NCBI GenBank assembly: GCA_965285935.1
Contig: OZ260665.1
Span: 49,910,001-49,974,000 of the forward strand
Direction of reading: 5' to 3'
Source of the DNA: Ophelia neglecta
Lineage: Eukaryota
Length of the DNA stretch: 64,000 nt
Part shown: in pieces, positions 1 through 12,644 of the stretch
Position numbering within the stretch: the stretch's first letter is position 1
Layout: each line of letters opens with the position of its first letter
Notes under the pieces: generated by a model
The model's input: only the letters and a program-made list of their open reading frames with translations
What the model was told of the DNA's origin: nothing
Database searches by the model: none
Made by a program: the position numbers and the translations under genes

Positions 1-1056
1 TTAAGCAGGTGATAAATTCCTAGACTCTCCGAGATACCTGAGGCCTCGTCCTGATCTGCTGATTCCAGTCGTCAAAGACGTAGGAACTTTGGTGGCTAAG
101 AGACGAGCCAACTTTGAAGTGTTCACAAGAGCCAGTCAGGAACACAGATATTTACATCCTCTGTACATCATGAATTTCAGGTTTGCCTCCAAACCATGGC
201 TTCTGAAATCGAGGGAGAAAATCAAATGCACCCAATGTTGCTATATCTCCAAATACAAGAAAAAGTACCAGACGACAGGCAACAAAGCAGGAAGACGCCC
301 TGCCACGTGCAATGCGATGCTGCCCTTGACAATAAATTCTTTTGCCATGGGAGTGTTAGGTGGTGATTGACTTTGTTTTCATGTTCAGGGCCTGTCCGCC
401 AAATCGTCAACATCATACACACCTGACACATGAAGCGGAAACATTACGGTGGAGCTTAACAGATGATCCATGGCAGAGTTAAGGCGCCTTATGACCAACA
501 TTAACATATGGAAGGGCTTATGGAAATGCACCAATCAGAATTGAAGGTGATGGGAGGTACTCATCTTAGCCTGGTAGCGGTGCTGGTCAGACGCCATTCC
601 AACCGACAACTCATGCTACGTGGACTTTTCTGGAGAATGTGACTCAGAAAACAAGTGGGTTATTATATCACATTGTAAACTCTGCCATATACCCCTAGGT
701 CCTTAGTCACAAATTGAATGGCTGGCAAGCTTACTATTTTGCTGGGGTAACGAAGGGCATCATTTGATAGCCAGATGAAAAAACTGCCCGAAAAATCAAC
801 TATCAATATCCAGAAAACAAATATTTGAGAGAAAATACATGATTTTATAGCAAAGTTTTACTACTACTGGAAGTCCCATTCACTTATAATGGGGCTTCCA
901 GTTAATCGAGGAACCAGCACTTTTCTATGTAGGTTATAACTGTGGATATGTCCAGAAAGCCTTGCCAGTTCGGAAAATTTTTGGGACAGTCTGTAAACCC
1001 ACCTCCATGGCCCAGTTATTCTGGCTGTACATCTACTACTATTATATTAATAGTTG

Positions 1057-1149
1057 GGTTGTAATTAAATAGCCTAGGCCTTGATGTGGTTGTAATTATA
1101 AGTCCTAGGCCTTGATCTGTTTGTAATTGATAGGCTGAGGCCCTGGTAT
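1057..1149. repeat. Short tandem repeat, ~31-bp unit x3 (ggttgtaatt...ctaggccttgat)
   Basis: Three imperfect adjacent copies visible directly in the sequence. Confidence 0.7.
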
Positions 1150-1173
1150 GGCTATGATTGAAGTTGAAGTATT

Positions 1174-1400
1174 TTATTTAGGTTGGGCCAAGTGGGTTTC
1201 AAAAACATTCCTAGCAACGGTTAGCAAGGCCCTTTGGCAGTTTGTGCCAGCGAACAACCGCTTCTCCCCACCGGACCGAAGGAAAGGCAGCCTTTCAGGC
1301 TGTGGCAAGTGCGTCATAATATTATCAATATCTACCTTCAGTGCATTTGGTTCATTATAAATACTTAAAAGAGTCATAAAACGTGCTTGATGCAGACGAA
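1174..1400 (-). mobile_element. Possible remnant of a hAT transposase C-terminal (dimerisation) region
   Basis: Minus-strand translation RLHQARFMTLLSIYNEPNALKVDIDNIMTH loosely resembles the hAT C-terminal pattern (Q.RL..LALLSI....IDID.II..F). The resemblance is short and judged by eye only. Confidence 0.25.
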
Positions 1401-2839
1401 TTTTCTGTCATGAAAGGCAAACGCTGGATATTTACATATCAATGTGGCCTTCACCTTTCGCTTCCGGTAACACATATTATGTCTGCCAGGCGGCGCTGCC
1501 GTTACCATACTATCGCGCATATAAGCGCATACACCTATAGATTGTAGTAACGTAATTGGACTTATCCCATGCAGTGGGGCCCCCTGTTGGGCTGATGTAG
1601 AGCTTTCAGGATCGATAAAATATCTGGCTAACGGGCCTGTGATTGGCCAAAAAGGCTCGCCTAGTTGTATAGCAAGCTGGATTATGTGTTATTCATAAAA
1701 TAGACACAAGTCTTATTATTTAGGAATAATTCTTAGACGCATTTTGATTTTGTTGCCGCGGCCATGGCAAAGACAGGACACACATTTTGTGCGGGCTATT
1801 TTAAGAGGCTGGCACCCATATGGACGTAAAGAGGTGAAAAAATTATCATTTCTTCAAGCTCACATAGAAAAAAAATGCGAACTAATGCTTTGCTTTTTTT
1901 GATATGTTGTTGCCTAAACAAGTGTATTTCAGTGAAACACAGCAGCTAAGCCAAGCAATGTCGTGAATAATTAAAAACCACAAGCTAGGCAAGCAATTTA
2001 ACATGTAAGAGATAGGGATTTTAATTACGTCGCAGCAACCTATACACGAATTTTTGCTTTTTTCAAGTCTATGATAACAGAACAGTATTTCTTAATAGAG
2101 ATCTACCATTCAACGTTTTATTACTACGACCATCTCTCATTATGAAACAAGTGAATACTTGTTCTGTAAAACTTTTAATTTATGCTTTTGAGCCTGCAAG
2201 AAGCTCTCAAATGCAAAATTAAAGGACAGGAAAATTAATCAAGCATATATTATCTTTATTCATCAGGGGTGTCAGCACCAATGTCAGCCCTACACCCTTT
2301 TCAGCACCCGTATCAGCACCCAGATGCTTTGTTATGCGTTTGACTTTTGCCCAAACTTTAGGGTATTTTTAGGTAATCTTCACCATTGTTAGTGTGCAAT
2401 AAGCTTCATTTTGGACATTTTATACACATAAAATTGTGGAATCCATGTTTAAAAGTAAAACTTAAGGCATTCATTGCATCAAAGATTAAGGAAGAATTAC
2501 AAATGAAATTTTATTATCTCTATTCATTATATCAAAATAAAGGGCAAATTTAAGGTGAAATTTGTTAACTTTATTCAAACAAGAACCTCAAACAAATACC
2601 ATTTTTGACAATGAATATGACCAAGCAGAACACTGGTCCTTGCTGTGTTCACATGTAACTATGTTACAAGATGTATAGATCTAGAGATTATTTGTTTATT
2701 ATTAGGTATTATTTATAAACATTTATAAATCAACATATCCTTTACATTTCCAGGTAGGAATAATTTTGCGAACAATGCGAATTATAATTCCATGACTTTT
2801 CAAGACTAGATAGTAGTCGATGTGGATCGAAGTCGACTT

Positions 2840-3678
2840 GAACAGTGGAGTGACGCCTAGCGGCGTCGCCTGGATGCCTCCGCCAAGATGTTTATTAGCT
2901 GATGAAAGATTTAGGGGAAAATTGGTCTGAAGCAGATGTAGTGCTGAAAAGACTTTAGAGACTTCGCGGGACAAACAAACCTTACCTGATGAATCATAGC
3001 GGCCATTTTGTTTTTCCGATCGGTGCGAAAACAATATGAACAAAAATAAACCGAAGGTGAAATTCAAGGACAACACTAGATTCCTTGTGTATGATTTCCT
3101 TGTGTTTGAAACATTTTAAATGCCTATCTCTCTCCGTTAAGATTTGACCTTGAAAAATAAACCCAAGGTGAAATTCAAGATTCCTTGTACATGATTTCCT
3201 ATTAGTGTTCAATACATATTATGCACCTACCTCACACTGTTAAGTTTCTAAAAGGTCCCATGTTAATTCATTTTTAATTATTGCCCTCAGTGGCCATCTT
3301 GTTTTTCCGATCTTGCCCAAAACCTTTTCAGCACACAACAATGTCCAATAGAAGACTTCCATGAAGTTTCGGAAATATCCCTTCATCCGTTCGAGAGATT
3401 TCGCGCGACATACAAACCTTACCCGATGAATCGTACCGGCCATTTTGTTTTTCCAATCGGTCCGAAAACAATATAAAATCATCCGCAACTAGCCATAACA
3501 AACTTCCATGAAGCCACAAGGCAATTTCTCAAAGCCCTGAGGAGTTATAGCGGTTTAAAGTTGCTTAAAGTTGCTTCGGACGGTCGGTCGGTCAGATGGT
3601 CGGTCGGTCGGCCGATCGGACGGACGGACAACCCGACTACATAATGCCTCCGGCCCCCTTCGGACGGAGGCATAAAAA
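2840..3678 (+). mobile_element. Non-autonomous Helentron/HINE (DINE-1/pearl-like) element with internal tandem core repeats
   Basis: 5' subterminal motif atgcctccg (~2874) recurs in the 3' hairpin atgcctccg..cggaggcat (~3643-3673) followed by an A-run. A (cggt/cgga)n microsatellite lies at ~3577-3628. An internal core (ggccattttgtttttccgatcgg..cgaaaacaat) is repeated at ~3000, ~3292 and ~3438. Confidence 0.8.
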
Positions 3679-4524
3679 TAAAACCTGTATAACATTTTTT
3701 TGGATTACTATAAAAGAAATTACTTAAATAAATGAAACATTTTTTATATTACATTGCTGGTAACTATATTTATACTGGGATCTGCAAATTTATTTGTTCA
3801 AATAAGCATATAACACTTCCTCTCATTTTTTGTGCGAGCTCGTTTACAACCTATCATCACCATTTTTGTTCTAGGGAAAATAATATGTGCACTAAAATGG
3901 TGCCACAAATAAGTATGAAGAAAATTTACCCATGGAAATATGCTGATAGTTTGAAGCAAATTAAGCTAAAGCACAGTATAAGTGTAATTTTATACAATAA
4001 AGTATATTTCATCTGGACTTTTTTTAAGTACAACTTAGAAGTGTAGAGGGGGAGGAGGGTGCTAAAAAACAAGGGGTGCTTTCCAAGGATACATGAAGGG
4101 AGGCCTAATCAAGGAAATTTATATTTTACTTCATCAGGTATTGATGATTTATATTCAGGGCACTGTGTGTAGTGGATGGAGTGCTCCTGGTCACTGCTGA
4201 GATTTACACTACCTATGCAAAATCACATTGAGGGTCTTTGGACACTGTATTTAGTAAACACTTGTCTTCCAACCACATCACTGAGCCATTTACACAGGTA
4301 GAACCATGGTTATAGTTAGAATAGTTTATTAATCTCTCCCATTCACCAACACACATATAGGTCTAGATCTGTAATGTTAACAAAGTATAGTATGCATTTT
4401 TCAGATTAGTTGGTATCAGGTTATTTAATATGTCTAGACCTTTATCACATACATATGCTTAGCTATCTAGTCTCCACTCATCCATCTACTTATTATTTCC
4501 CTTAAGTGGTCAAAACAAATATGT

Positions 4525-4690
4525 TTAAAGACCACCCAAGGTACTGGAAAATACTGGTCTGATTAAGGAGGTGGTCTATTAAGACAGGTAATTTTGCACT
4601 GAAAGTATGCAGTATGGTCTATAAAATAAGTGGTCTGAATTGCCAGGTGGTCTGAATATAGAGGTGGTCTTTATGGCAGCTTTCACTGTA
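4525..4690. mobile_element. pogo/Tigger-like MITE fragment (gaccac/gtggtc-repeat family, ends ttcactgta)
   Basis: Repeated ggtggtct motifs and a ...ttcactgTA terminus. Related copies are at 12645-12819 and 17298-17380. Confidence 0.65.
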
Positions 4691-4774
4691 TTGGTATATA
4701 TCAACCATGCACCTATACCCATTTGGAGGCAAAGATTATTTGAGTTATTATATAACATTTAAAACTATAACAGA

Positions 4775-5970
4775 AAACTAGGCCAACGCTGTCGGGGGCC
4801 GAAAGCATGGGGTATATTCGCGAATGCGTGCAATAGTCGAAAGGGGGAACATGGCATAAGGTGAGGTCGTGAATATGGTAGTTTTCAGTTCAATGCCAAG
4901 AAAGATAACAGCCTTAACTAATTTTTGTTCAGGTCATTGATAAAGTTAACTAGTTAACTTATTACACAGTACTAGTTAACTTATTGCACAGATTGTAGTA
5001 GGTTCTATATGACCTCAATATTAATGCAGGTCATTCTTAAAGTTGGTTTCATATGACCTCAATAATGCAAAATGACCTTAACTAATTTTTTTTCAGGTCA
5101 TTAATAACGTTAACTAGTTAACTTATTAGTAGGTTCCATAAGACCTCAATAATATTTCAAAACAACCTTAACTAATTTTTTTTCAGGTCAAAGATTGTAG
5201 TAGGTTCCCTATGACCTCAATAATAGTGCAAAACGACCTTAACTATTTTTTTAGGTTGTTTCCATATGTCCTCAATAATAATGCAAAATGACCTTAACTA
5301 ATATTTTTTCAGGTCATTAATAAAGTTGACTAGGTAACTCATTACACAGTACTAGTTAACTTATTACACTGATGGTAGTAGGTTCTATATGACCTCAATA
5401 ATAATGCAGGTCATTCATAAAGTTTGTTCCATATGACCTCAATAATAATGCAAAACAGCCTTAACTAATTTATTTTCAGGTCATCAATTAAGTTAACTAG
5501 TTAACTTATTACACAGTTTGTATATAGTTATTACATGAATCATGACACAAATCTTCAAGCCAATATCATCTATACTTTCGAATATTTGATCAAAAATGTG
5601 TTTTGACATATTAAATTAATTATTTTAACTAATTAATAATTATCTGAAATTCACCAGAATAGATCTATCCAGTTCTTTCTCTCAATGAGGTCTATGGCTG
5701 GGTCAAATTTGAAAAAGATGTATCAAATATTTTTTGTGTAATTGCAGAAAATGCGTTTCTGACATAATTGATTAATTGTTTTAACTAATTAATAATTATT
5801 GGAATTTCACCAGATTCTAATCAGTTCCTCCTCTCAATGAGGTCTATGGCTGTGTCTAATTTGAAAAAGATGTACGAAATAGTTTTTGAGTTATCGCGTT
5901 GACCACTAAAATCGGCGGCGGCGGCGGCGTCGCTACTGATTCCATAATATCCACATTTTGCGGATATAAT
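4775..5970 (+). mobile_element. Second Helentron/HINE-like element containing a satellite array
   Basis: Complex tandem array at ~4910-5515 (gaccttaactaatttttttcaggtcattaataaagttaactag...), two ~155-bp cores (~5598-5750, ~5752-5900), a (ggc)n microsatellite at ~5914-5929 and a terminal hairpin atatccaca-ttt-tgcggatat (~5947-5967). Confidence 0.7.
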
Positions 5971-7260
5971 TAATGACTCCCAACGTGTGTTAAATACTGA
6001 AATCAGCTTGTGGCGAATTTCAATGTCGTCTTATATGCTCACATAAAGAAAATTCCCCATAAAATGTACACTACCGCCGAAAAGAAACTTACTATTCATG
6101 ACTAACCCGATTCTCGACCAGTGATGTTTGTAAACGACCAAACATTGCAGAACACTGTTGTCAAAATGTCTTTTTTCCCAGATCTTCATCTAAAAGCCGC
6201 CATATTTGATGACCTTTTGATAACCTGCATGCATGTGACATCATTTGAAATTTCGGCGCTAGCGCGCTTTGAAGGGAAACGCAACCTCCGCCTCCACGTC
6301 CCTCCGCTTAATCCATTTTCAATCGAATCCCTAAATACCAGCCAGAAAAAAATTGCCAATATATTCGCGGGAGTCAGAGAATGGGAACTATTCGAGTTGT
6401 TTTTGTCTAGTACACAATGGTGTTTCCTGTGATACATGGTAAACATTCTTAGTTAGGTATAGTATGTTTACGTCAAAAGCGTGCAAACGTCATTCTACCT
6501 GTAGTATCGTAAGGTAATACTCAGAAGCTCTGAACAGTTGTGAACAAATTAATCAGATCTTACTGATATGAAGGACATATCGCATGTAAATGCTAGGATT
6601 GGACTCTTATGTACTGCTGGGATGCCAATGTACAATTTTGAGATTTGTGCACTTATTTCCTACTGAGTAGGCCCCCAATTTTTATTTTAACACTGTTTTC
6701 TTCCCTCCATCAATGCATTTCAACTTGACAGTCCCTCAGTGCACACTTTATTTGGAGAATTCTATAGATATATGTATGCAGCATACAATCCCGAGGAAAA
6801 TGTACTAAGGTGGACCATACCTGGTTAACATGGCAACTGCCTGCACAAACCCTAACTGTTTGGGCAATTTAGTGGGTGGGGGCGAGGGTATGGGCAAAAT
6901 TTTGGGGGTATATTCTTACTTATTCACCGAAATGTAATAAATATGCAGTCATATATACAGCCTCATTGGCACATTGGGGTTTGGGGTCCTGGAACTATGC
7001 CACCATCAGGGACAGGTCAGTCGGGGTGGATCAGAGAGTCAGTGGGGTCTCTGACACAGTCTCTGACAGGGGAGGGTTGTGGGGTAGGATACATCACTTT
7101 TTTAACGAATATGCGAGCTATTCTTTAGTAAATAACCATCCCTTTAATACAGTATGTCAAACTTTATAGTAAATCGTCACATAGTAGATTATTAAAATAA
7201 AAATACCTCGTTTGCTTATGTCGTCTGCAAATTTGAAATGATGTAACTCCTTGCTGGATA

Positions 7261-9335
7261 CTGCCCACGCGAGAAAAACTTCCTGGAACTTGCATCACCA
7301 AGCACCAATCCGGTACGATACTCTGTGGAGTCCCGGGAATGAAAATATCCTGGTCAGACGAAACACCGGAATAACCTTTGAAATACCGGAACAACACGGT
7401 TTAACCCGGAATATCCGCTAATGACTAATAATTTTGTAGAAATAACCCCATATTCGGCAGTTATAATATACATGTAGTATGTTTAAATGGTATTTGATGG
7501 CTTTTCCCTTGATATCGTATTTTTAAATTTCAACATAATACAATCCTATTCAACTTGCATGGAAGGCAAGGTAAGTTTAAGTTAAATTTTGTGATCATCG
7601 GATCTGTTTTCGGCCTTTTAACAGTGACCCATTAGCTTACCCAAGGCCTCATCGGCAGGGAGATAAAACTACAAGGTCAAATTCCTTGGCGTGTCACTTT
7701 TGTGTAATGAAATGTATTTTGATTTTTGGGCATTGGTTTTTATTCTACAATTTAATATGAGAGAATAAGGTGACAACATAAGTGAGCATCATTGTAATCG
7801 AGATGGGTGACAAGTGACATGCCTAGGCTAAACAATAAAACATCCATGTACAGAAAAATGTGGTTAGTGGTGCTTTCCCGAAGGGGGGGGGGGGCACTGC
7901 CTATTCCTTGTTTAGTACACACGTCTCGTGGCGTCTAGTGGCATTGACAACAGGGCACAACAGGGCAGAATGTTCGGGACCATTATGCCCGCTTTACACT
8001 AGGGACCATTAAGTCCGGATAGGGTTTCCACTCACTAAAACTAAGTCTTGTTTTGAAAGTTTTGTTTTATTATTACCAAAATCAAATTGACCTTGGGTGA
8101 ACACAATATGGAGTAGCAAATATGATCTGGTAAACAAAATGGCTAAGAGAAACTATTCAAAACTAAAAATGACGTATAACTGATCTTGCCTTCGTAAGGC
8201 TCCATATTATTCTCTAAAAAAAAATTCTGTGTATAAACAAGGTGCCTGTCTCCATCCCTCACAGTACACAAACAGCCCCTCCGTGTGACAATATCCACCC
8301 AGCCCAGGCATACCTGTGTGTGGGAAAGGTGCCTGCCTACACCAGTGCATAAACCTGATATTGTAGGCCCACAATTTCTCCATATGCTGGCAGTTGGTTT
8401 TCCTGCACCTTTAGAAAGTAAATCGAAATAAGATCCTTTTAGCACTGATACTGTACGATGAAGTCCACACATTAAGCATGGCCTTTATACTGCCATACAA
8501 TATAAGCTTCGCTTCCATTCGTTAGGTAAAAATCAGCCTGGTAAAAGTTCAATTTTTAAAATTTGTACATAAACAGCAAAACAACCTATTGCCAATTAAT
8601 CGCATATATATGTGTATGGACTACAAGAGCACCATCAAGTAAACCACAGTTATTCAATTTAAGAAAATAAATTATTTATTCATATTAGGCATTCCTGTAT
8701 GGCCTGTCACCTTTCACCAATGCAGACCAAAGGAATCCGGAAAAAAATGTATTGGAAGAAAAGAATAAAGAAATAAAAAATCAGGAAATAAGAATCATTG
8801 TGAAAAGTATGTCATTTTCAATTAATAATTGCAACAGCACCTTCTTTCGCTTAAAGAAACCCAGTACAAAACCGTATGAATTTCTACAAGCTTGTGATAA
8901 CGAAGCCTAAATTGTGGAGCCTTGACCTTAATAAGTAAACAAGTGTAGCGTCTGAACAAGTAGGTGGCTTTCTACTTGAACAAGTTGAATATGCCCGAGT
9001 GCTGACACCTATTGATTGATGGTGATATAGCAAGCATTATTCTGACCAGACCAGCATAGATCATATTGTGTTAATTAAGTTAAAAACATGTCAAAGGAGA
9101 GGCCTTTCTGGATAAAAAAAACCCATCTTAACAGGCTATAATGTTAGTACCGAACTATTTTGAGAGGTTATATCGTCAAAATTGATAGTTTTAGAGGTTA
9201 TTGCGGGTTATTCCGGGTTATTTCGGCATTTCAAGAATCATTCCGGTGTTTCTGCCCACCGAGAAAACTTCTTAGAACTAGCATCACCAAGCACCAATCC
9301 GGTACGATACTCTGTGGAGTCCCGGGAATAAAAAT
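7261..9335. repeat. Direct repeats (7261-7346, 9253-9335) bracketing inverted repeats (~7360-7465, ~9143-9252)
   Basis: A 49-nt identical block lies at 7292-7340 and 9281-9329. gaaacaccggaat... at 7360 is the reverse complement of ...attccggtgtttc ending at 9252. Confidence 0.85.
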
Positions 9336-10246
9336 GGCCTGCCTCTGACAGATCGTTAACTACTGCCGAAGAAAATTTAGTTCACAAATAGTTCCCTAGG
9401 GGGATGGGTCACTGGACTCTGCACAGGCGCCAAAAAACTACATCACCCGGTAGATGGCGACATGAGCGCATCAGGTGATCCTGAAAGAACTTACTGTATG
9501 GTCGCGCATATAAGCGCATGCACCTAAATGAAAGACCGGCTGATATCATTGAGGGCGCACACTGCACGCCTCCCCGACGCTTCACTGCACACAACACCGG
9601 GCCCGTGTGCTAGAAATAACTTGACAAAGGTTTCGCCTCGATGACAATTGTTTTCATCTTGGATGGGCAAGTTTGAATCTATTGTTTCCTGAGACCAAAT
9701 TTAAGCTTAGCAAAGAGTTGTGTTTGAAAAAAGTTCGTTTAAGTATGGATGTGGAGCGTCCCATCCATTGAGTATTGGTCTGAATTGAATGTAGTGCAAG
9801 TGTGGATTCCCGGAAATAAAGGAAGCACTTCCGTTTATGGCAGCGCGGTCTCTGTGTTCATTCCTCGATGGCGTGGCTCCTGAAACGAAATCAAGTTATT
9901 AGTCACTTAGTTCGCCATACTCTGTATTGGCGACGCCGAGGGTAGCTTTGTATGGCAATGTTGGTTTTTTCGATGATAAGGTCGAAAATTTTTCAGGATT
10001 ATGACGCCAGATTCAATGGCTTTTTGGCGGCAAATCAGGTGCCTGCAGCAAGACAAACCAACTGTTTTCTAGCCATGATAGGACCTGAGGCATCCTAGTT
10101 ATTGAAAAACCCCGGAGGAGCCGAATACGAAGACATATGATGAACTGAAGGTAATTTTGAAAGGCCATTATTATTAAATATCTAAATGTGCTCAGGTCGT
10201 TGTTTGACAGGTATGGATTGGTGGAGAGGATTCTTTCTGATAATAG

Positions 10247-10735
10247 GGTGTATTTAAAATGCGCAACCGTCCCAAACCCACTGGAATATTACCCAAACCG
10301 AGCTGAAATAGCAAGGTTTTGGGGTGAAATGCATCAGGATTGGTGCTTCAGTTGTTTTTCAATAACTTGCTGAGCAATCGGACCATTTAGTAGCAAAAAA
10401 CAATCTAACTTGTTCGCCCGTTCTCCGGTGTTTATGTTAGATCGCGACACCTAGACACCTACACATCACACGCCCTCTGGTGGCCATTGCCCCAGACACC
10501 ACCAGAGGGCGTGTGATGTGCAGGTGTCATGGCCGCGATGAAACGTAAACACAGGACTACAAGTTAGCTCATTTTTTTTTGCTACTAAATGGTCCGATTG
10601 CTCAGCAAGTTATTGAAAAACAACTTAAGCACCAATACAGATGCATTTCACCACAAAACCTTGCTATTTCAGCTCTGTTTGGGTAATGATCCAGTGGGTT
10701 TGGGTAGGTTTGGGTGGGCGCATTTTAAATACACC
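10247..10735. mobile_element. Palindromic (foldback) MITE inserted in the integrase remnant
   Basis: Termini ggtgtatttaaaatgcgc / gcgcattttaaatacacc. The arms are reverse-complementary over ~240 bp. The insertion splits the integrase SDN|GPQF motif. Confidence 0.85.
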
Positions 10736-10949
10736 GGCCCTCAATTCATTTTAGAGGAATTTTAGACTTTTCTGAGGAAGAATTGTATAAAAGATATACT
10801 GTGCCATCCATACCATCCTTCAAGCAATGGTTTGGCAGTAAGAAATATTCAGACTTTTAAAAAGACTTTCAAATAGTATGACTGTGTTGCTGCATCTTTG
10901 AATCACAAATTGTATGATATATTGTTTCATATATGGAATATTCCTCATT

Positions 10950-11250
10950 CCGGTGTATCCAAAGTGCGCAACCGCCAACACCTCCGAAACTGCCCAAACC
11001 TAACTTGATAATTACCTAAACCGAGCGGAAATAGCAAGGTTTCTGGGCGAAATGCGTCAGGTCTGGTGCTACAGTTGTTTTTTAATAACTTGCTGGGCGC
11101 TGGGTGTACCAATTAGTACCAAAAAAACAAGCTCACTAATTTGCCTATTTCCCGTGTTTACATCTGATCGCGGCCATGACACCTGCGCATTACACGCCTT
11201 CTGGTGGCGATTGCCCCAGACACCACCAGAGGGCTTATGATGTGCAGATT
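10950..11250. mobile_element. Second, truncated copy of the palindromic MITE (left arm and centre)
   Basis: Clear similarity to 10247-10520 (aaaccgagc..aaatagcaaggtt; ttgccccagacaccaccagagggc). Confidence 0.8.
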
Positions 11251-11424
11251 TGATCAGCCAGTTGAGAGTCCTCGTATGAAAGCACCTGTTGTTATTGAAG
11301 GGGACACTTTAAAGGTTACATGATCTGGGAGAAACCTAAAACCTCCAAAATGCTTTGTTTTTTAAAAATATCATATATTTACATTTAAGTTGTAAAATAG
11401 TAGAGAAGTAATGTAAGTTGGCAG

Positions 11425-11856
11425 TAGTGATGGGCCGATGATGGATTATAAACGAAAGTCTTGGTTAGCTGTACCAACCAAGCGCTTGAATAAAAAATCC
11501 ATTATCAATTAAGTCGGTTCACTCTCTTTAATTCCTCGTGTTTATTTATCTGTTTATATCAAGTGTCTTTTCTTCTATGAGGCTTAATCAACTTCTCGCT
11601 GTCGCCATCTTTGTTTACCATGATACTCGTGTTTCCGGTCTTTTCGCAAACCTTCCGATCCTAACGCCAGCAGATTGGAGAGGGGCGGTTCATCAGTGCT
11701 GGCCGGCTGTGACGCAAGCCATTGCATTGCCAGCACGTTACTGGTTACCGAGCATATTGTCAATTTCTACATACTAGGGAACCGATTATCTCAATCATCA
11801 ATTGGTGTGTCTGAACCAATCATCGATTATGAAAATCAAACCAACTCCCATCACTA
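11425..11856. mobile_element. hAT-type MITE with 8-bp target-site duplication
   Basis: TIRs tagtgatggg / cccatcacta. TSD gttggcag at 11417-11424 and 11857-11864. Confidence 0.9.
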
Positions 11857-12644
11857 GTTGGCAGAAATGTTGTGTTTTAAAAATGTTCGTTTAGGTATGG
11901 ATGTGGAGAGCACATCCATTGAGTAGTGTTCTGAATTGAATGTAGTGCAAGCATGGATTCCCGGACATCTAGGCTAGTCGGGTAGGGAAAAGTCACCTAA
12001 AAAACCAACTTGGTAAGAAAGGTCTTTTATCAAACCATTTTTCATGACTCTATGACACTATAATGTACAAAAGAGAAAGCATTGCATCTTCATAGATTTA
12101 TTATTAGGGTCATTATTTATCACTAGGAGGGGGGGGCACTGATTTAGGGGGGGGGGGGCAGGTAAACAACACATACCGCATTCCTTTTAGGTAGGATTCA
12201 TAAAAACACACTTTACATAGATGGGGGTCACAAAACCCCAGAACAGGAGGTTAAAAAAACCCACATGGAAAAGAAATTAATGCACAATGTGCTTATTGGA
12301 TTCCTCAGCAGTTAATGATTTTGTGCCAAAATTTGTAAATTTTGTGGAATTATGGCAGATTTTACCATTAAAAGATTCCATGTACCCGGTATATGATTTC
12401 CTATTAGCAGTCAATACATTTGGTATGCCTGTATTGCACCAAATAAATTGCTTTTTGCAGCCATCTTGTTTTCTGGCCCATAATCATATATCCTAAAATA
12501 CACAAAAGACACATTATGCAAACTTGCCAAATAGAAAAAATCTTCATTTCAACTGCTCATTAAAATCATAATTAGGTGAATACTTTTCACCATCAATTAT
12601 GGAATTTTTTTCTCTAGGTCTGAAGCAGAAAGCTGCAATCTAAT

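Larger units (their letters stand above)
9716..11965 (+). mobile_element. Internally deleted, decayed Gypsy (Mag-like) LTR retrotransposon
   Basis: LTR segment duplicated at ~9716-9813 and ~11868-11965. PBS-like tggcgacg at 9928. Gag N-terminus remnant (GNVGFFDDKVE..DYDARFNGFLAANQV..CFLAMIGPE..KTYDELKVILKGHY) at ~9954-10170. Integrase core LRSLFDRYGLVERILSDN/GPQF..PYHPSSNGLAVRNIQTFKK at ~10190-10870, with stops and frameshifts. Confidence 0.85.

Noticed and set aside
89-600. Short ORFs at the window start
   Set aside because: No recognisable domain or consistent splice structure.
1503-1540. cgcgcatataagcgca motif shared with ~9503
   Set aside because: Resembles an isolated Tc2/pogo-type terminus. 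Both copies are in the same orientation and no partner end was found, so no element could be delimited.
2985-3035. ctgatga...gaaa resembling a hammerhead ribozyme core
   Set aside because: No stem II pairing between the motifs. The sister repeat at ~3422 reads ccgatga, and the sequence is part of the HINE core repeat.
4910-5515. Repeat array superficially like a CRISPR array
   Set aside because: There are no unique spacers and no cas genes, and the context is eukaryotic. It is a satellite inside a Helentron-like element.
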